Below are positions 18,901-27,715 of a DNA stretch of 64,000 nt, in pieces. The DNA comes from Bdellovibrionales bacterium. Its GTDB lineage: Bacteria > Bdellovibrionota > Bdellovibrionia > Bdellovibrionales > UBA1609. The notes under the pieces were generated by a model. It did not search any database, was not told the DNA's origin, and saw only the letters and a list, made by a program, of their open reading frames with translations. The first letter of the stretch is position 1, and every line of letters begins with the position of its first letter. The position numbers were made by a program, and so were the translations under genes. Location of the stretch: contig OZ220488.1 in assembly GCA_965116155.1 (NCBI GenBank), positions 977,103-1,041,102 on the forward strand, in the 5' to 3' direction.

Positions 18901-19181
18901 AGGCTATTTTATCTACTTCTGAGGTGCGCTTGAGGCCAATTTTTCTCACCACTATGACCACAGTGTTTGGCCTTATGCCTACTGTGTATGGGCAGCAATT
19001 GAGTCAGCTCACCGGATGGGGCGGCAGTGACCCTTTTATTGTGCCTATTGCCATGTCGCTAGCCTGGGGATTGGCAATAGGGACTTTTTTGGTAACGCTT
19101 TTTATGCCCGCGTTGGTTCACATAACGCATGACATTTACGCAGCACTGGACAAAGTACAAAAAAGAGCATTCAGGGGCTAA
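15948..19181 (+). CDS. RND-family efflux transporter permease (AcrB/HAE-type)
   Basis: 1077 aa with 12-TM RND architecture and two large periplasmic loops. GTG start. No adaptor or outer-membrane factor gene is adjacent. Confidence 0.85.
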   Translation: MYSPTILLSAVRSIIRFFVREHLLSNVLTLLCVFAGVVSISGMRRAIWPDVEFNITVLSTILPGASSEKVEQLVTVPLEESLRPLKGIKSVSSTSTQNQSFIAIELDIDAQDPRRTNADIRRAIDQVTDLPEDSLKTQIDELDADDNGVLEVALSVRDDAKISDLDLAIQAKRVRDELSLLRESSLVVPNGLRDREYIVEASLEQLKRKRVSLQELLAALKLTNVSLPSGTLTQANGEEVLLRSSGEFYGVSDIENAVLRSNASGYHVRVKDVARVRKGLAPATRLYRAGGSPSINLMVSKKKSVDVYDLVAGIKNRMAELRPSIPEGIKIDYINDLSIYLTNRISTLRGNLILGLVLVVLLLMIFVPWPVALVVAVGIPIAFFAALSAAYAIGFSINVVSLLGLILVLGMLVDDAIVVSENIWRHVQQGGESLVDSIVEGTYEVFGAVVASVMTTVSVFSPMLVMSGVMGSFIFEIPSMVILALVFSLLEVFIIMPAHFISWVGPFARRVKAREKAGHGAYEKAQWFKKLTKIYVRFVGWSLKWRWAMGFGLVAFTAATAVLVYKTNKFKLFPTDGADVFFIALHAPKGSSLEHTAALAVPLEKLVSQLPRHELVDFSTSIGIVQQSPSDPFTQRGSHFANLRIRLSPINKRTRTADEIMAEIKAQTPSLKELGLEKIVYFKAQNGPPQGRDIQFSLLGDELNVLKKIALKLERTMQGVAGVQEVQNSYAEGKVEYSVEVLPLRAAQMGLSAFDIAQGVRLAVEGNTVSEIVHANESWDIRVKSVPRYGEDFLGSSTHTDLEKQLRGLVIGNARGALIPLREVSRIKQARSLSSIRRKDYKRAVSLAAEVDLTKSTPIKATAELKKLFKPIIAKHPNYSVVWGGQDQDTKESMASLMRAFGFSIFFVFMLLLITFKNIVQPLIILSSIPLGFAGVSYAMLLHNRPFSFMAMLGMIALGGVIVNNSIVFIDFTNKMLKKGAALREAILSTSEVRLRPIFLTTMTTVFGLMPTVYGQQLSQLTGWGGSDPFIVPIAMSLAWGLAIGTFLVTLFMPALVHITHDIYAALDKVQKRAFRG

Positions 19182-19541
19182 TGTGCGTAAGCATAAAAGT
19201 GGCCTCTTGAAATCTTGGGCGGGTAGCGTAGCCACCTGCTCCCCTATATGGGGTGCTGCGGGTGGCAAGCGAAAAGCCCCAGGATTTCAAGGGAGAACTG
19301 GATAGCTCGTCGACTATCGGGAAGATGCGCTTAATCCCATGGCACGAGGCTTTGACGGGAGTGTCGCGGCCTTGGGCTTAAAGATCGCCCAAAGCCGCAG
19401 GGCCGTAGTAGCTTCATAGGTCGCCACATGCTCTGTGGGACACTTGTCTCCAGCGTGGTCGCCCCTTTAAAAAGGGGCTACACTGGAGACTGCGCTTAGC
19501 CCAGAGCATGTGACTAGCGCTCTGATGCTTACGCATATCTA
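19180..19541. repeat. Mosaic hairpin-repeat array filling the convergent gap stop-to-stop
   Basis: TAATGTGCGTAAGCATAAAAGTGG + CTTGAAATCTTGGG...CCCCAGGATTTCAAG hairpin (homolog at 60944-61080) + short hairpin GGCCTTGGGC...GCCCAAAGCC + ACATGCTCTGTGGGAC...CCCAGAGCATGT hairpin + CTAGCGCTCTGATGCTTACGCA. Confidence 0.85.
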
Positions 19542-20600
19542 ACTTGCTACATTAAAGGAGGTGCGTACGCAGTTGCGGCCGGCATGTTTGGCGTCGTAAA
19601 GGGCCTTGTCGGCACGCTTGAAAAGCTGCTCCCATTTTGTATCGCCCGGCACTAGCGTCGCCACACCCACCGATACACTCACCGACAAAGGCCGCACGCC
19701 GCTTTCTGTAATGCCAGATAAAAACTTATGCGACGACACTGTTTTGCAAATATGCCTCGCCATCACAGCCCCATCTATACCGGACCGACCCGAAAGCAAA
19801 ATTACAAACTCCTCACCCCCAAAGCGCGCAAAAAAATCATCCTCACGCTTGAGCTCTTTTTGCACCACCTGCACCATCTCTTTAAGCACGTAGTCTCCCA
19901 ACTGGTGACCATAGGTGTCGTTAATTTTTTTAAAGTGGTCTACATCTAAAACTAGCAGACTAAAATCCTCGCCATATTTTTGTGCATGCATAAACTGCCT
20001 TTTGGCGTGCGACATCAAGCTTGCACGATTAAACACCCCTGTTAAAGCATCCAATCGCATAAGATTAAACAAATGCGGGTCAAAAGTGTTTTGAGGAAAA
20101 AACTGCAACACCAATCGGCCCATCTGAATACGGCTCACTCCATAAGAGTTCAACTCATACGGCACATAGGGCACGAGCTCGTGAATACGTTTTTTGCCCT
20201 TCAAGCCCAAATCACCCGTCACAATAACCCGTGTTCCATTAACAGACTCTTGATCCGATATAAATACACGCTGACTGGACTCGTCCCCCCTGACATCAAT
20301 AAGAGCATGCGACTTGCTCACGCCGCTCCCCACTCCATAAGCCACTATGTCGGCATCAGACGAACTGCCTACCATGTACTCTTTGGGCTCTAAGTTCCAA
20401 ATGCTTAAGTCATCAAAGTTCACCAGCACCGGAGGGTGAGACAGCTTGGTTTCAGGCGCGAGGCTATCTACTGTTAGCATCATGGTTTTATCTACAACAC
20501 TCGTATCGCCGCTCCTTTTTTGCTGAGGCTCTGCTGCCGGCTGATCAGAAAACAAACCCTGTTTGTTGTCAATTTTGTTGGTGTTGATTTTTTTGCCCAT
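19539..20600 (-). CDS. diguanylate cyclase with N-terminal FHA-like domain
   Basis: GGDEF domain (RFGGEEF, DHFKKINDTYGH). The preceding segment resembles FHA (GSSSDADIV...VSKSHALID...FISDQESVNGTRV). Confidence 0.8.
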   Translation of the reverse strand: MGKKINTNKIDNKQGLFSDQPAAEPQQKRSGDTSVVDKTMMLTVDSLAPETKLSHPPVLVNFDDLSIWNLEPKEYMVGSSSDADIVAYGVGSGVSKSHALIDVRGDESSQRVFISDQESVNGTRVIVTGDLGLKGKKRIHELVPYVPYELNSYGVSRIQMGRLVLQFFPQNTFDPHLFNLMRLDALTGVFNRASLMSHAKRQFMHAQKYGEDFSLLVLDVDHFKKINDTYGHQLGDYVLKEMVQVVQKELKREDDFFARFGGEEFVILLSGRSGIDGAVMARHICKTVSSHKFLSGITESGVRPLSVSVSVGVATLVPGDTKWEQLFKRADKALYDAKHAGRNCVRTSFNVAS

Positions 20601-20635
20601 CTACTGTATTCGCTTTTTTGGCTAGTTTTTGGTTA

Positions 20636-21292
20636 TCAGTCTCGCTTAAGTAACGTTAGCCCCACCCGCATGGTTTGCTCGATGCGTTCTAAAAGCTTTT
20701 GCTGATCCTCGCGCTCTTGATCCAAATGCTCCGATCTAGCAGCAGCTTCTTTTATGCTGTTTTCGTACTTGCTGATTTGAGATTTTAAGTCCCAAATACG
20801 GCGCTCTTTATCTTCTATTAAAACCTTGGTGTCTGCTTTTAGTGTTTCTAGCTGATGCTCTATCTGCGACACCCGTCCCGAACCCCCTCCAGGCAAGGCG
20901 CTATAATCCCCATTTAAAACATTATTCCACTGAACCTGGTGGGCTTTCAAGCTCGTCTCTAGCTCTTTAATTTGCATGCTTTTTTTTTGCATTCTTTTAC
21001 TAAAAACGAGCTGCTCTTTTTGGAGAAGTTTTTCTAAATGCTCTAGCCGCTGCTCTTGCTTGCGGCAATGCCGCTCCCAGTGCTCTGCGCGGGAACGAGC
21101 GCTCTCATACTCGGCCTTTAAATATAAACCTCGCATATAAAGGGCATCTTCTGCTTGCTCAGTGTCTTTTTCTAATGCAGCTAAAATCGCAGCCCGCTCT
21201 TCAGGGAGCAATATGTCTTGCTCTAAGATAGATGCGTCCATAAGCTCACTTAAAAAAATGTCCCACAATGGGGCATGTGCATTTGCTGGCAT
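20636..21292 (-). CDS. coiled-coil protein, unknown function
   Basis: Start trimmed to ATG 21292 to avoid overlap with the upstream gene. The sequence has long heptad-like E/K/Q/L-rich stretches. Confidence 0.45.
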   Translation of the reverse strand: MPANAHAPLWDIFLSELMDASILEQDILLPEERAAILAALEKDTEQAEDALYMRGLYLKAEYESARSRAEHWERHCRKQEQRLEHLEKLLQKEQLVFSKRMQKKSMQIKELETSLKAHQVQWNNVLNGDYSALPGGGSGRVSQIEHQLETLKADTKVLIEDKERRIWDLKSQISKYENSIKEAAARSEHLDQEREDQQKLLERIEQTMRVGLTLLKRD

Positions 21293-21326
21293 ACCCACAT
21301 AACATCGGCAAAATGCGCACTTAGGT

Positions 21327-22256
21327 TCAACTGAACCAGTTAGAGATACGGGCCCACAAAGAACGCAACCACGACTTAAACTCCATCCAAAAGGCGCTAC
21401 CTTCGCTTTCAGCGACAGAGGCCAAACCACGAGCAGCTATTCGGCCATCTACTGGCAAAATAGCACGGGCTTTTTTACAAAAGGCTTTAGCCTTTTCGTA
21501 ATAACAGCTCTCATGCTGCGGCAGGCTTTGCGAAAATGGATGCAGCTGCCACAACGTGGGCCATGGGTGGGTACTGCGATATACAGCAGGGCTAACTTCA
21601 AAAGGAGGCAATAACAAGGTGTCTGTAGCTACCATCACCAAGCCAGAGTCTCCCGGCTTAAAATAAACCACATCCATTGCTTGGTAATTTTGGCTGACCC
21701 CCCTTAACAAAATAAAATACTCCCTAAAAAAGTGCTCCACATTAGATAGCACTCCACCGGACTGCAAAACAAAATCACTTAGAACCTGAAAACTTAATTG
21801 TGACGAACCCAGGCTATGCGCCACATTTGTATTACGACCAGACACTACTGCAATATTCGACCAAGGCGCCCGCGGGGTACGCTCGCCGCGTGTGTCTATG
21901 CCCCAAGGGTAAAAAGCCACAACCATTTGCGGATCCTGCTGCAAAAACGCTCCTGAATTAAAAGACAACCACACATCATTGGGATGTGAAAGCCCATAAC
22001 CCACAGATCCAGAAAAAAACCCTGCACTCGAACGCAGCAGGTTGCACTGTGTCACCAAAGGCCCTGTAGTATTTGTTGTGTCTGGAGCGGGGCAAGTCTC
22101 TTGCGCCTGCTGCAAAGTGCCCTGTGGGGCACAGCCCTGTAGCATTAACAAACACACAGCGCCCAGCAAACTATAAAAATAAAAACAAGGCCTCGCAGTA
22201 TTGCAGGCCTTGTTTTTTTTAACTCTGTCAGAGTTTTTAGATTTCATAGTCCGCAA
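21327..22256 (-). CDS. hypothetical lipoprotein
   Basis: Lipobox LMLQGC. Overlaps the upstream protease gene by 20 nt, suggesting an operon. No family recognised. Confidence 0.5.
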   Translation of the reverse strand: MRTMKSKNSDRVKKNKACNTARPCFYFYSLLGAVCLLMLQGCAPQGTLQQAQETCPAPDTTNTTGPLVTQCNLLRSSAGFFSGSVGYGLSHPNDVWLSFNSGAFLQQDPQMVVAFYPWGIDTRGERTPRAPWSNIAVVSGRNTNVAHSLGSSQLSFQVLSDFVLQSGGVLSNVEHFFREYFILLRGVSQNYQAMDVVYFKPGDSGLVMVATDTLLLPPFEVSPAVYRSTHPWPTLWQLHPFSQSLPQHESCYYEKAKAFCKKARAILPVDGRIAARGLASVAESEGSAFWMEFKSWLRSLWARISNWFS

Positions 22257-23187
22257 GTGATAAGAGTTCGTCTAAAAAAGAAGACCCATCTAAATGCGGA
22301 TACAGAACTGAAATTTGTGTGGACAAAGTTTTGGGACAAAAGAAATTATTCTCACCACACTGCAAAGACACCTGGCACCCTAAGTCAGGGTCGCGATAAA
22401 AAGATATTGGTCCCGCATGCACGATGCCCATAATTTCTAAGGTGTCGGCATTAAACACGGGGCTGCCGGAGTTTCCGGGGTAGATATCTAAGGTAGACGA
22501 AAAAGTATAACGGTTTAGCTTGCCTAAAACGCGGTTGCGTTTAATACGTGCTCCATCTGCCACTTTTAAAGGTAAACCTTTGGGGTGGCCAGCCACCAAA
22601 ACCGGAGTGCCGTTTTCGATGGACAGATTGTGATCAATACGCAAAGGCGTGCGATCTGTCACAGGGCGATCCAAGCGCACTAATGCGTAATCCGGTCGGC
22701 GCAGCATAAGGCCAGCTCGGCCAGGAGCCTTCATGCTGATCACCTCTTGGCAAGAGTACACGTTGTTAGGCGATGTATCAGAAGGGTACACGCCTTCTGC
22801 GTCTACTCTCCAATCGAACACAAAGCGTGTGGATTCACAGGGAATAAACTTTACACAATGCCCAGCTGTAGCCACAAGATCCGGCCCAACCAAAAAGCCT
22901 GTACAGTGCCCTGACATGGGTTCGTTATAAAAACGCTCTGTTTTGCATAGTTCTAAAGCCTCACCGTGGTGACGCGTGCTAACGGACACTAAGCCAGATT
23001 TGTTTTGCGACAGGCGATCTGCTCTTATAAGCATATTGACCGAACGCATAATTTCCAAAACTCCCTCGTCTGTAACTTCGTAGGCGTTTTGGATATCATC
23101 GTTACCATAAATAGCCTTAGGCGCATGCGCATGCGACACACCCACGCTCAAGGAAAAAACCAATAAACACAGTAATCCTTTTAGCAT
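22237..23187 (-). CDS. secreted trypsin-like (S1 family) serine endopeptidase
   Basis: Signal peptide. Catalytic motifs TAGHC (His) and PGNSGSPVF (Ser). Resembles V8/Glu-specific endopeptidase-type proteases. Confidence 0.75.
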   Translation of the reverse strand: MLKGLLCLLVFSLSVGVSHAHAPKAIYGNDDIQNAYEVTDEGVLEIMRSVNMLIRADRLSQNKSGLVSVSTRHHGEALELCKTERFYNEPMSGHCTGFLVGPDLVATAGHCVKFIPCESTRFVFDWRVDAEGVYPSDTSPNNVYSCQEVISMKAPGRAGLMLRRPDYALVRLDRPVTDRTPLRIDHNLSIENGTPVLVAGHPKGLPLKVADGARIKRNRVLGKLNRYTFSSTLDIYPGNSGSPVFNADTLEIMGIVHAGPISFYRDPDLGCQVSLQCGENNFFCPKTLSTQISVLYPHLDGSSFLDELLSLADYEI

Positions 23188-23271
23188 TTCTACCCCCTTG
23201 TTAGCTTTTTTGTAAGCCCCTTACCTCAGGAGAGCATACCTTGCAGACTAAAGTCAGGGGCGCCATGGACC

Positions 23272-23715
23272 TTGGTCTGTATGGAATCAAATGTATACAT
23301 GCGCTTTAGGGGCGCTTTAGAGTTTTCTGACTTTGGTCCGAAACCAGTTACGTATATGGATTTTTACAAATTTTCATTAGCTGTGTGTTTGTGGGCTTTT
23401 TTTATGTATGCCTTGGGCGGGTGGTTTTTAATTAAAAACTCTACCCCGGGCGCCACATTGGCAAATGACAAAAACATAGGAAAAGTTGCGCCCACCCATG
23501 GTTATGCGGTGGGGTTTCCGTTTGAAGTATATGTATCTAAACACAATCCCCAAGCCCACGCAGGCAAGGCTGTGTCCCGTAGACGCGTGCCAGCAAGCGA
23601 AAGCCTCACGGCACAAGAGCTCTTGGACCCCAATGCCGTGCAAGACGAATCAGAGCTCCAGCCCTCTGACGATTACCCTATGATGTACGATTTAGAGGAA
23701 CAATTAGAGCGCTAG
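23272..23715 (+). CDS. hypothetical single-TM protein
   Basis: TM segment FSLAVCLWAFFMYALGGWFLI. The true start may be ATG 23356. The last codons LER-stop are read from TTAGAGCGCTAG. Confidence 0.4.
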   Translation: MVCMESNVYMRFRGALEFSDFGPKPVTYMDFYKFSLAVCLWAFFMYALGGWFLIKNSTPGATLANDKNIGKVAPTHGYAVGFPFEVYVSKHNPQAHAGKAVSRRRVPASESLTAQELLDPNAVQDESELQPSDDYPMMYDLEEQLER

Positions 23716-23878
23716 TAAAGTTAAAGACTAGCCCTTTGGCAGCCTCCGTAGGAGGCGCATGCCAAGAGGGCAAACGACAGTCCCAAAGTGACAAAGGGGA
23801 ACTGGATAGCTCTCTCAAGCGGCGGCCATCAGGATGCCGCCGCTTAGCTTCAGAGAATTTTACTAGCGCTCTGATTTA
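23704..23878. repeat. Mosaic hairpin-repeat array between convergent genes
   Basis: TTAGAGCGCTAG ... GCAGCCTCC GTA GGAGGCGC hairpin ... GGCGGCCATCAGGATGCCGCCGCTTAGCTTCAGAGAATTTTACTAGCGCTCTGATTTAA. It carries both flanking stop codons. Confidence 0.85.
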
Positions 23879-25585
23879 AGCTAAAATGGCGCTGAGCAGT
23901 TGCTTGGTGTAGGGGTGCTGAGGCCGCTCGTAAACAGAAAGCGCATCCGATAGCTCCACTATCTTGCCTTGGTTCATAACAGCCAGCTCGTGCGAAATAA
24001 ACTTTACCACTGCTAGATCGTGCGAAATAAAAATATACGTCAAATTGTACCGCTCTTGAAGATCGCGCAATAGATTTAAAATCTGCGCCTGCACCGAAAC
24101 ATCCAAAGCCGAAACCGATTCGTCACAAATAATAAACTCCGGCTCCGTGCTTAAAGCTCTAGCAATACACACCCGCTGCCTTTGTCCTCCAGAGAACTCA
24201 TGCGGATAACGGCTTAACATACCGGCACTAAGCTCCACGCGCTCCAACAAAGCCGCCGCACGGTCACGCCTATCGGCCGCAGTGCCAATACCATGCACGC
24301 GCATAGGCTCCGCAATAGCCTCACCCACTGTCATGCGCGGGTTCAAAGAGGCATAAGGATCTTGAAAGATGATCTGCATTTTTTTACGCCACTGCCTTAG
24401 TGCCTGCGGTTTGAGCGTACGCAAATTAACACCATTATAAATAACATCACCCGCATGCGGCTCCACCAACCTTAACACAGATCTACCCAAAGTGGTTTTG
24501 CCACAACCCGACTCCCCTACAAGCCCAAAGGTTGTACCTTTATGCACCTTAAACGAAACCCCATCTACAGCCTTAAGCCAGCCTATGGCTTTGCCAAAAA
24601 AATTGCGCTTCGTACAAAAGTGCGTGCTTAAAGATTTAACCTCTAAAAGCACAGGGTGCTCCTTGCCTCCCATTTTAGGTATGGTTTTGGGGGTTTTGAT
24701 TTTTTCTAAATCAAACTCCTTAGCCTGTCCGTCAAGTGTCATAAAGTCGTTCACCGTAGCCAGACGAAGGGGATTTTTTTGCAAAGAGGGCCGGCACATA
24801 ATCAAACCCTTGGTATAGGGGTGCTTATGCCGCGTAAAAATCTGCGCGGTCGGCCCCTGCTCTACCACTGAACCCCTAAACATAACCACCACACGGTCTG
24901 CAATATGCGACACCACACCAAGGTCGTGAGTGATAAATAGCACGCTCATATTAAACTGCTGCTGCAAGCTCGCAATAAGATCTAAAATTTGCTTCTGTAT
25001 AGTAACATCTAGAGCAGTTGTGGGTTCATCTGCAATCAACAGCTCCGGCTTGCAAGCAATGGCCATGGCAATCATCACCCTTTGCCTTTGACCACCCGAC
25101 ATCTCATGCGGATAAGATTGCACACGGCTTTGAGGCTTAGGTATACCCACCTGGTGCAACAGATCCACACTGGCTTGCAAGGCCTCCTTGCGGCCCATAC
25201 CCTCATGCAGCATGAGGCTTTCTGCAATTTGATCCCCCACTGTAAAAACCGGGTTAAGCGATGTCATAGGCTCTTGAAAAATCATACCAATACGCTTGCC
25301 ACGCACACGCCGCATACTGCGCGCATCCAGCGACAGCAGATCTACAGGCTTGTCTTTGGCAGAAGAACAAAAACGCACCTCACCCGAATCAATACTCGCC
25401 ACAGGTGCCGCCAAAAGACGCATAATAGATAAAGCCGAAACCGATTTGCCCGAACCAGACTCCCCTACCAGGCCCAGGGTGCTTTTGGGTGCAATATCAA
25501 AGCTCACCCCTTTAAGGGCACGCACAACACCCTCGTCTGTGTTAAAGCTCACTTTTAAATCTTTAACCGACAGCAAGGCGTTCAT
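23876..25585 (-). CDS. ABC transporter ATP-binding protein with two fused ATPase domains (oligopeptide/GsiA/YejF-like)
   Basis: Walker A motifs GESGSGKS and GESGCGKT. Signature motifs SGGQRQR twice. No permease or binding-protein gene is adjacent. Confidence 0.9.
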   Translation of the reverse strand: MNALLSVKDLKVSFNTDEGVVRALKGVSFDIAPKSTLGLVGESGSGKSVSALSIMRLLAAPVASIDSGEVRFCSSAKDKPVDLLSLDARSMRRVRGKRIGMIFQEPMTSLNPVFTVGDQIAESLMLHEGMGRKEALQASVDLLHQVGIPKPQSRVQSYPHEMSGGQRQRVMIAMAIACKPELLIADEPTTALDVTIQKQILDLIASLQQQFNMSVLFITHDLGVVSHIADRVVVMFRGSVVEQGPTAQIFTRHKHPYTKGLIMCRPSLQKNPLRLATVNDFMTLDGQAKEFDLEKIKTPKTIPKMGGKEHPVLLEVKSLSTHFCTKRNFFGKAIGWLKAVDGVSFKVHKGTTFGLVGESGCGKTTLGRSVLRLVEPHAGDVIYNGVNLRTLKPQALRQWRKKMQIIFQDPYASLNPRMTVGEAIAEPMRVHGIGTAADRRDRAAALLERVELSAGMLSRYPHEFSGGQRQRVCIARALSTEPEFIICDESVSALDVSVQAQILNLLRDLQERYNLTYIFISHDLAVVKFISHELAVMNQGKIVELSDALSVYERPQHPYTKQLLSAILA

Positions 25586-25601
25586 CTGTCCACACTATAT
25601 C

Positions 25602-26204
25602 CTATTTCACCCACACCACTCTATCTTGTATTTTCCGCGGAGCCTTAGGAGGCTCATGGTCTGGGTAGCCCATAACCAAAGCGCATAGCAGCTTTAGGCT
25701 CTCGTCAGCTTTAATCGGCTGCTGGGGTATATTTAAAAACGCATTTACCTCGTTTTCTATTTCTAAAGGCGCCCCCATGGCGCAGGTGCCCAAGCCTTCG
25801 CAAGTTGCAGCCAAAATAATATTTTGCACACACATATAAACACTACCCACACTGGTTAAATAACGCTCCTCACGGCTGCAAAGGGCGTAAAAAAAAACCA
25901 TCACCGGAGCATATCCCAGGGTATAAAAAAACCTCTCGGTAAACTTGTACAAAGAGGGCTTGAGGCGTTTTTCTAGCACCGGCCTTAAAGGCTCCCAGCT
26001 TTTTTGAGAAAGCTTTAAATAACTTTGCAACTTGGAGTCCTGCAAAACAAACAGCCTCCAGTTTTGCAAATTCTTGCCAGAGGGCGCATGCATACCTGCC
26101 ATAAGAATTTTTTCTAAAAGTTCTCTGGGCACAGGCTTTTGCTGATAACGCCTTATAGATTTGCGAGACTCTACCAACTTATAAAAAGCCTCTGTGTCTA
26201 GCAT
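25602..26204 (-). CDS. nitroreductase-family protein
   Basis: RKSIRRY...PSGKNLQNWRF-like N-terminal nitroreductase signature, at about 200 aa. Confidence 0.7.
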   Translation of the reverse strand: MLDTEAFYKLVESRKSIRRYQQKPVPRELLEKILMAGMHAPSGKNLQNWRLFVLQDSKLQSYLKLSQKSWEPLRPVLEKRLKPSLYKFTERFFYTLGYAPVMVFFYALCSREERYLTSVGSVYMCVQNIILAATCEGLGTCAMGAPLEIENEVNAFLNIPQQPIKADESLKLLCALVMGYPDHEPPKAPRKIQDRVVWVK

Positions 26205-27592
26205 GGGGGCTCGCTGGGGCGGATCTGACCTGCCTTGAGCCGGGCAAAATAGCCATTAGCCTCAGCACGCAGCTTGGGGAACAGCAAAAACAAAGCCAGC
26301 GCATTAGGCAATGTCATCAGGCCTATGCAAATGTCCGAAAAACTCAGCACAGGCCCCAGCTTCCAAATAGCACCCACAAAAACCAAAGCACTAAACAATA
26401 CACGATAACCCAGCAAAGCACGGGTCGAGTTTTTAAATATAAAATCCACGCAGCGGTCCCCATAGTACGACCAACTGATCAAAGTGCTATAAGCAAACAA
26501 GCACACGGCAATAGGTATAAAATACGCCCCAAAACCCGGCAACACTGTATCAAAAGCCGCTGCTGTCAGCTTGACCCCATTTAAACTGCCCTCGCCAGCA
26601 AAAGGCACACCTGAAAATAAAATCACTAACGCCGTCATACTACAAATGCACACGGTGTCTATGAAGGGCTCCATCAATGCCACAACACCTTCGCGCACGG
26701 GCTCCTTTGTGGCCGCAGCACTATGCGCAATCGCAGCCGACCCCATGCCCGCCTCGTTCGAAAAACATCCCCGTCTTATCCCTTGCAACAAAGCCGTTTT
26801 AATAGCAAAGCCTGTGCCGCCCCCAGCAACAGCCCAGCCCGAAAAAGCACCTTGCAGCACCATGCCCACAGTCTCTGGCAAGCGCTCTATATTAACTAAA
26901 ATCACATACAAGGCTCCTAAAACATAAGTCCCCGCCATAAAAGGCACTAACACAGACGTAACACTCGCAATGCGCTTAATGCCCCCCAAAATAACAATAG
27001 CCGTAAGCACCATCAGCACAGCACCCATCACGGCGGGCGGCACCCCAAAAGACTCCTGCCATATGCTAGCCACTTGGTTGGCTTGAAACATATTAGCCGC
27101 GCCAAAAGAAGCAAAAATACACATCACGGCAAAAGCCAAAGCCAAAGGCCTCCATGGCTTCCCCAGGCCACGCTCTATATAATGCATAGGCCCACCATGT
27201 ACGGTGCCTTGGGAATCGATTTTGCGGTACATGACCCCAAGGGTGCACTCTGTAAACTTAGTCGCCATACCCAAAAGACCAGCCACGATCATCCAAAACA
27301 CAGCCCCAGGCCCACCCATGCTCAGAGCCACTGCAACCCCTGCAATATTACCCAGACCCACCGTTGCAGAAAGCGCTGTAGTAAGGGCTTTAAAGTGCGA
27401 TATTTCCCCAGGGTCATTGGGGTTGTCGAATTTACCTAATAGCACCAACACCGCATGCCAGGCCCCCTTAATCTGCGGCACTCCTAAAGCTATTGTAAAA
27501 AAACACCCCATACCTACGAACAAAATCACCAGCGGCAGGCTCCACACATAACCCACCACAATCCCTAACCAGGCATTTATGCTCTCTATCAT
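26198..27592 (-). CDS. alanine/glycine:cation symporter (AGCS family)
   Basis: Polytopic, with conserved AGCS stretches (ALSATVGLGNIAGVAVA, GIRRGCFSNEAGMGSAAIAH). Start trimmed to ATG 27592. Confidence 0.85.
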   Translation of the reverse strand: MIESINAWLGIVVGYVWSLPLVILFVGMGCFFTIALGVPQIKGAWHAVLVLLGKFDNPNDPGEISHFKALTTALSATVGLGNIAGVAVALSMGGPGAVFWMIVAGLLGMATKFTECTLGVMYRKIDSQGTVHGGPMHYIERGLGKPWRPLALAFAVMCIFASFGAANMFQANQVASIWQESFGVPPAVMGAVLMVLTAIVILGGIKRIASVTSVLVPFMAGTYVLGALYVILVNIERLPETVGMVLQGAFSGWAVAGGGTGFAIKTALLQGIRRGCFSNEAGMGSAAIAHSAAATKEPVREGVVALMEPFIDTVCICSMTALVILFSGVPFAGEGSLNGVKLTAAAFDTVLPGFGAYFIPIAVCLFAYSTLISWSYYGDRCVDFIFKNSTRALLGYRVLFSALVFVGAIWKLGPVLSFSDICIGLMTLPNALALFLLFPKLRAEANGYFARLKAGQIRPSEPPC

Positions 27593-27715
27593 AAGGTGTT
27601 TACCCCCCTTGTATTTTTGGGCTTTGCCCTCATACGCCACGCCTTGGAGCCATGCGCAGACTGCTTAAACGCATGCCACATCAGTAGTGCAGGAATTGAA
27701 GTGTATGTCATGTCG

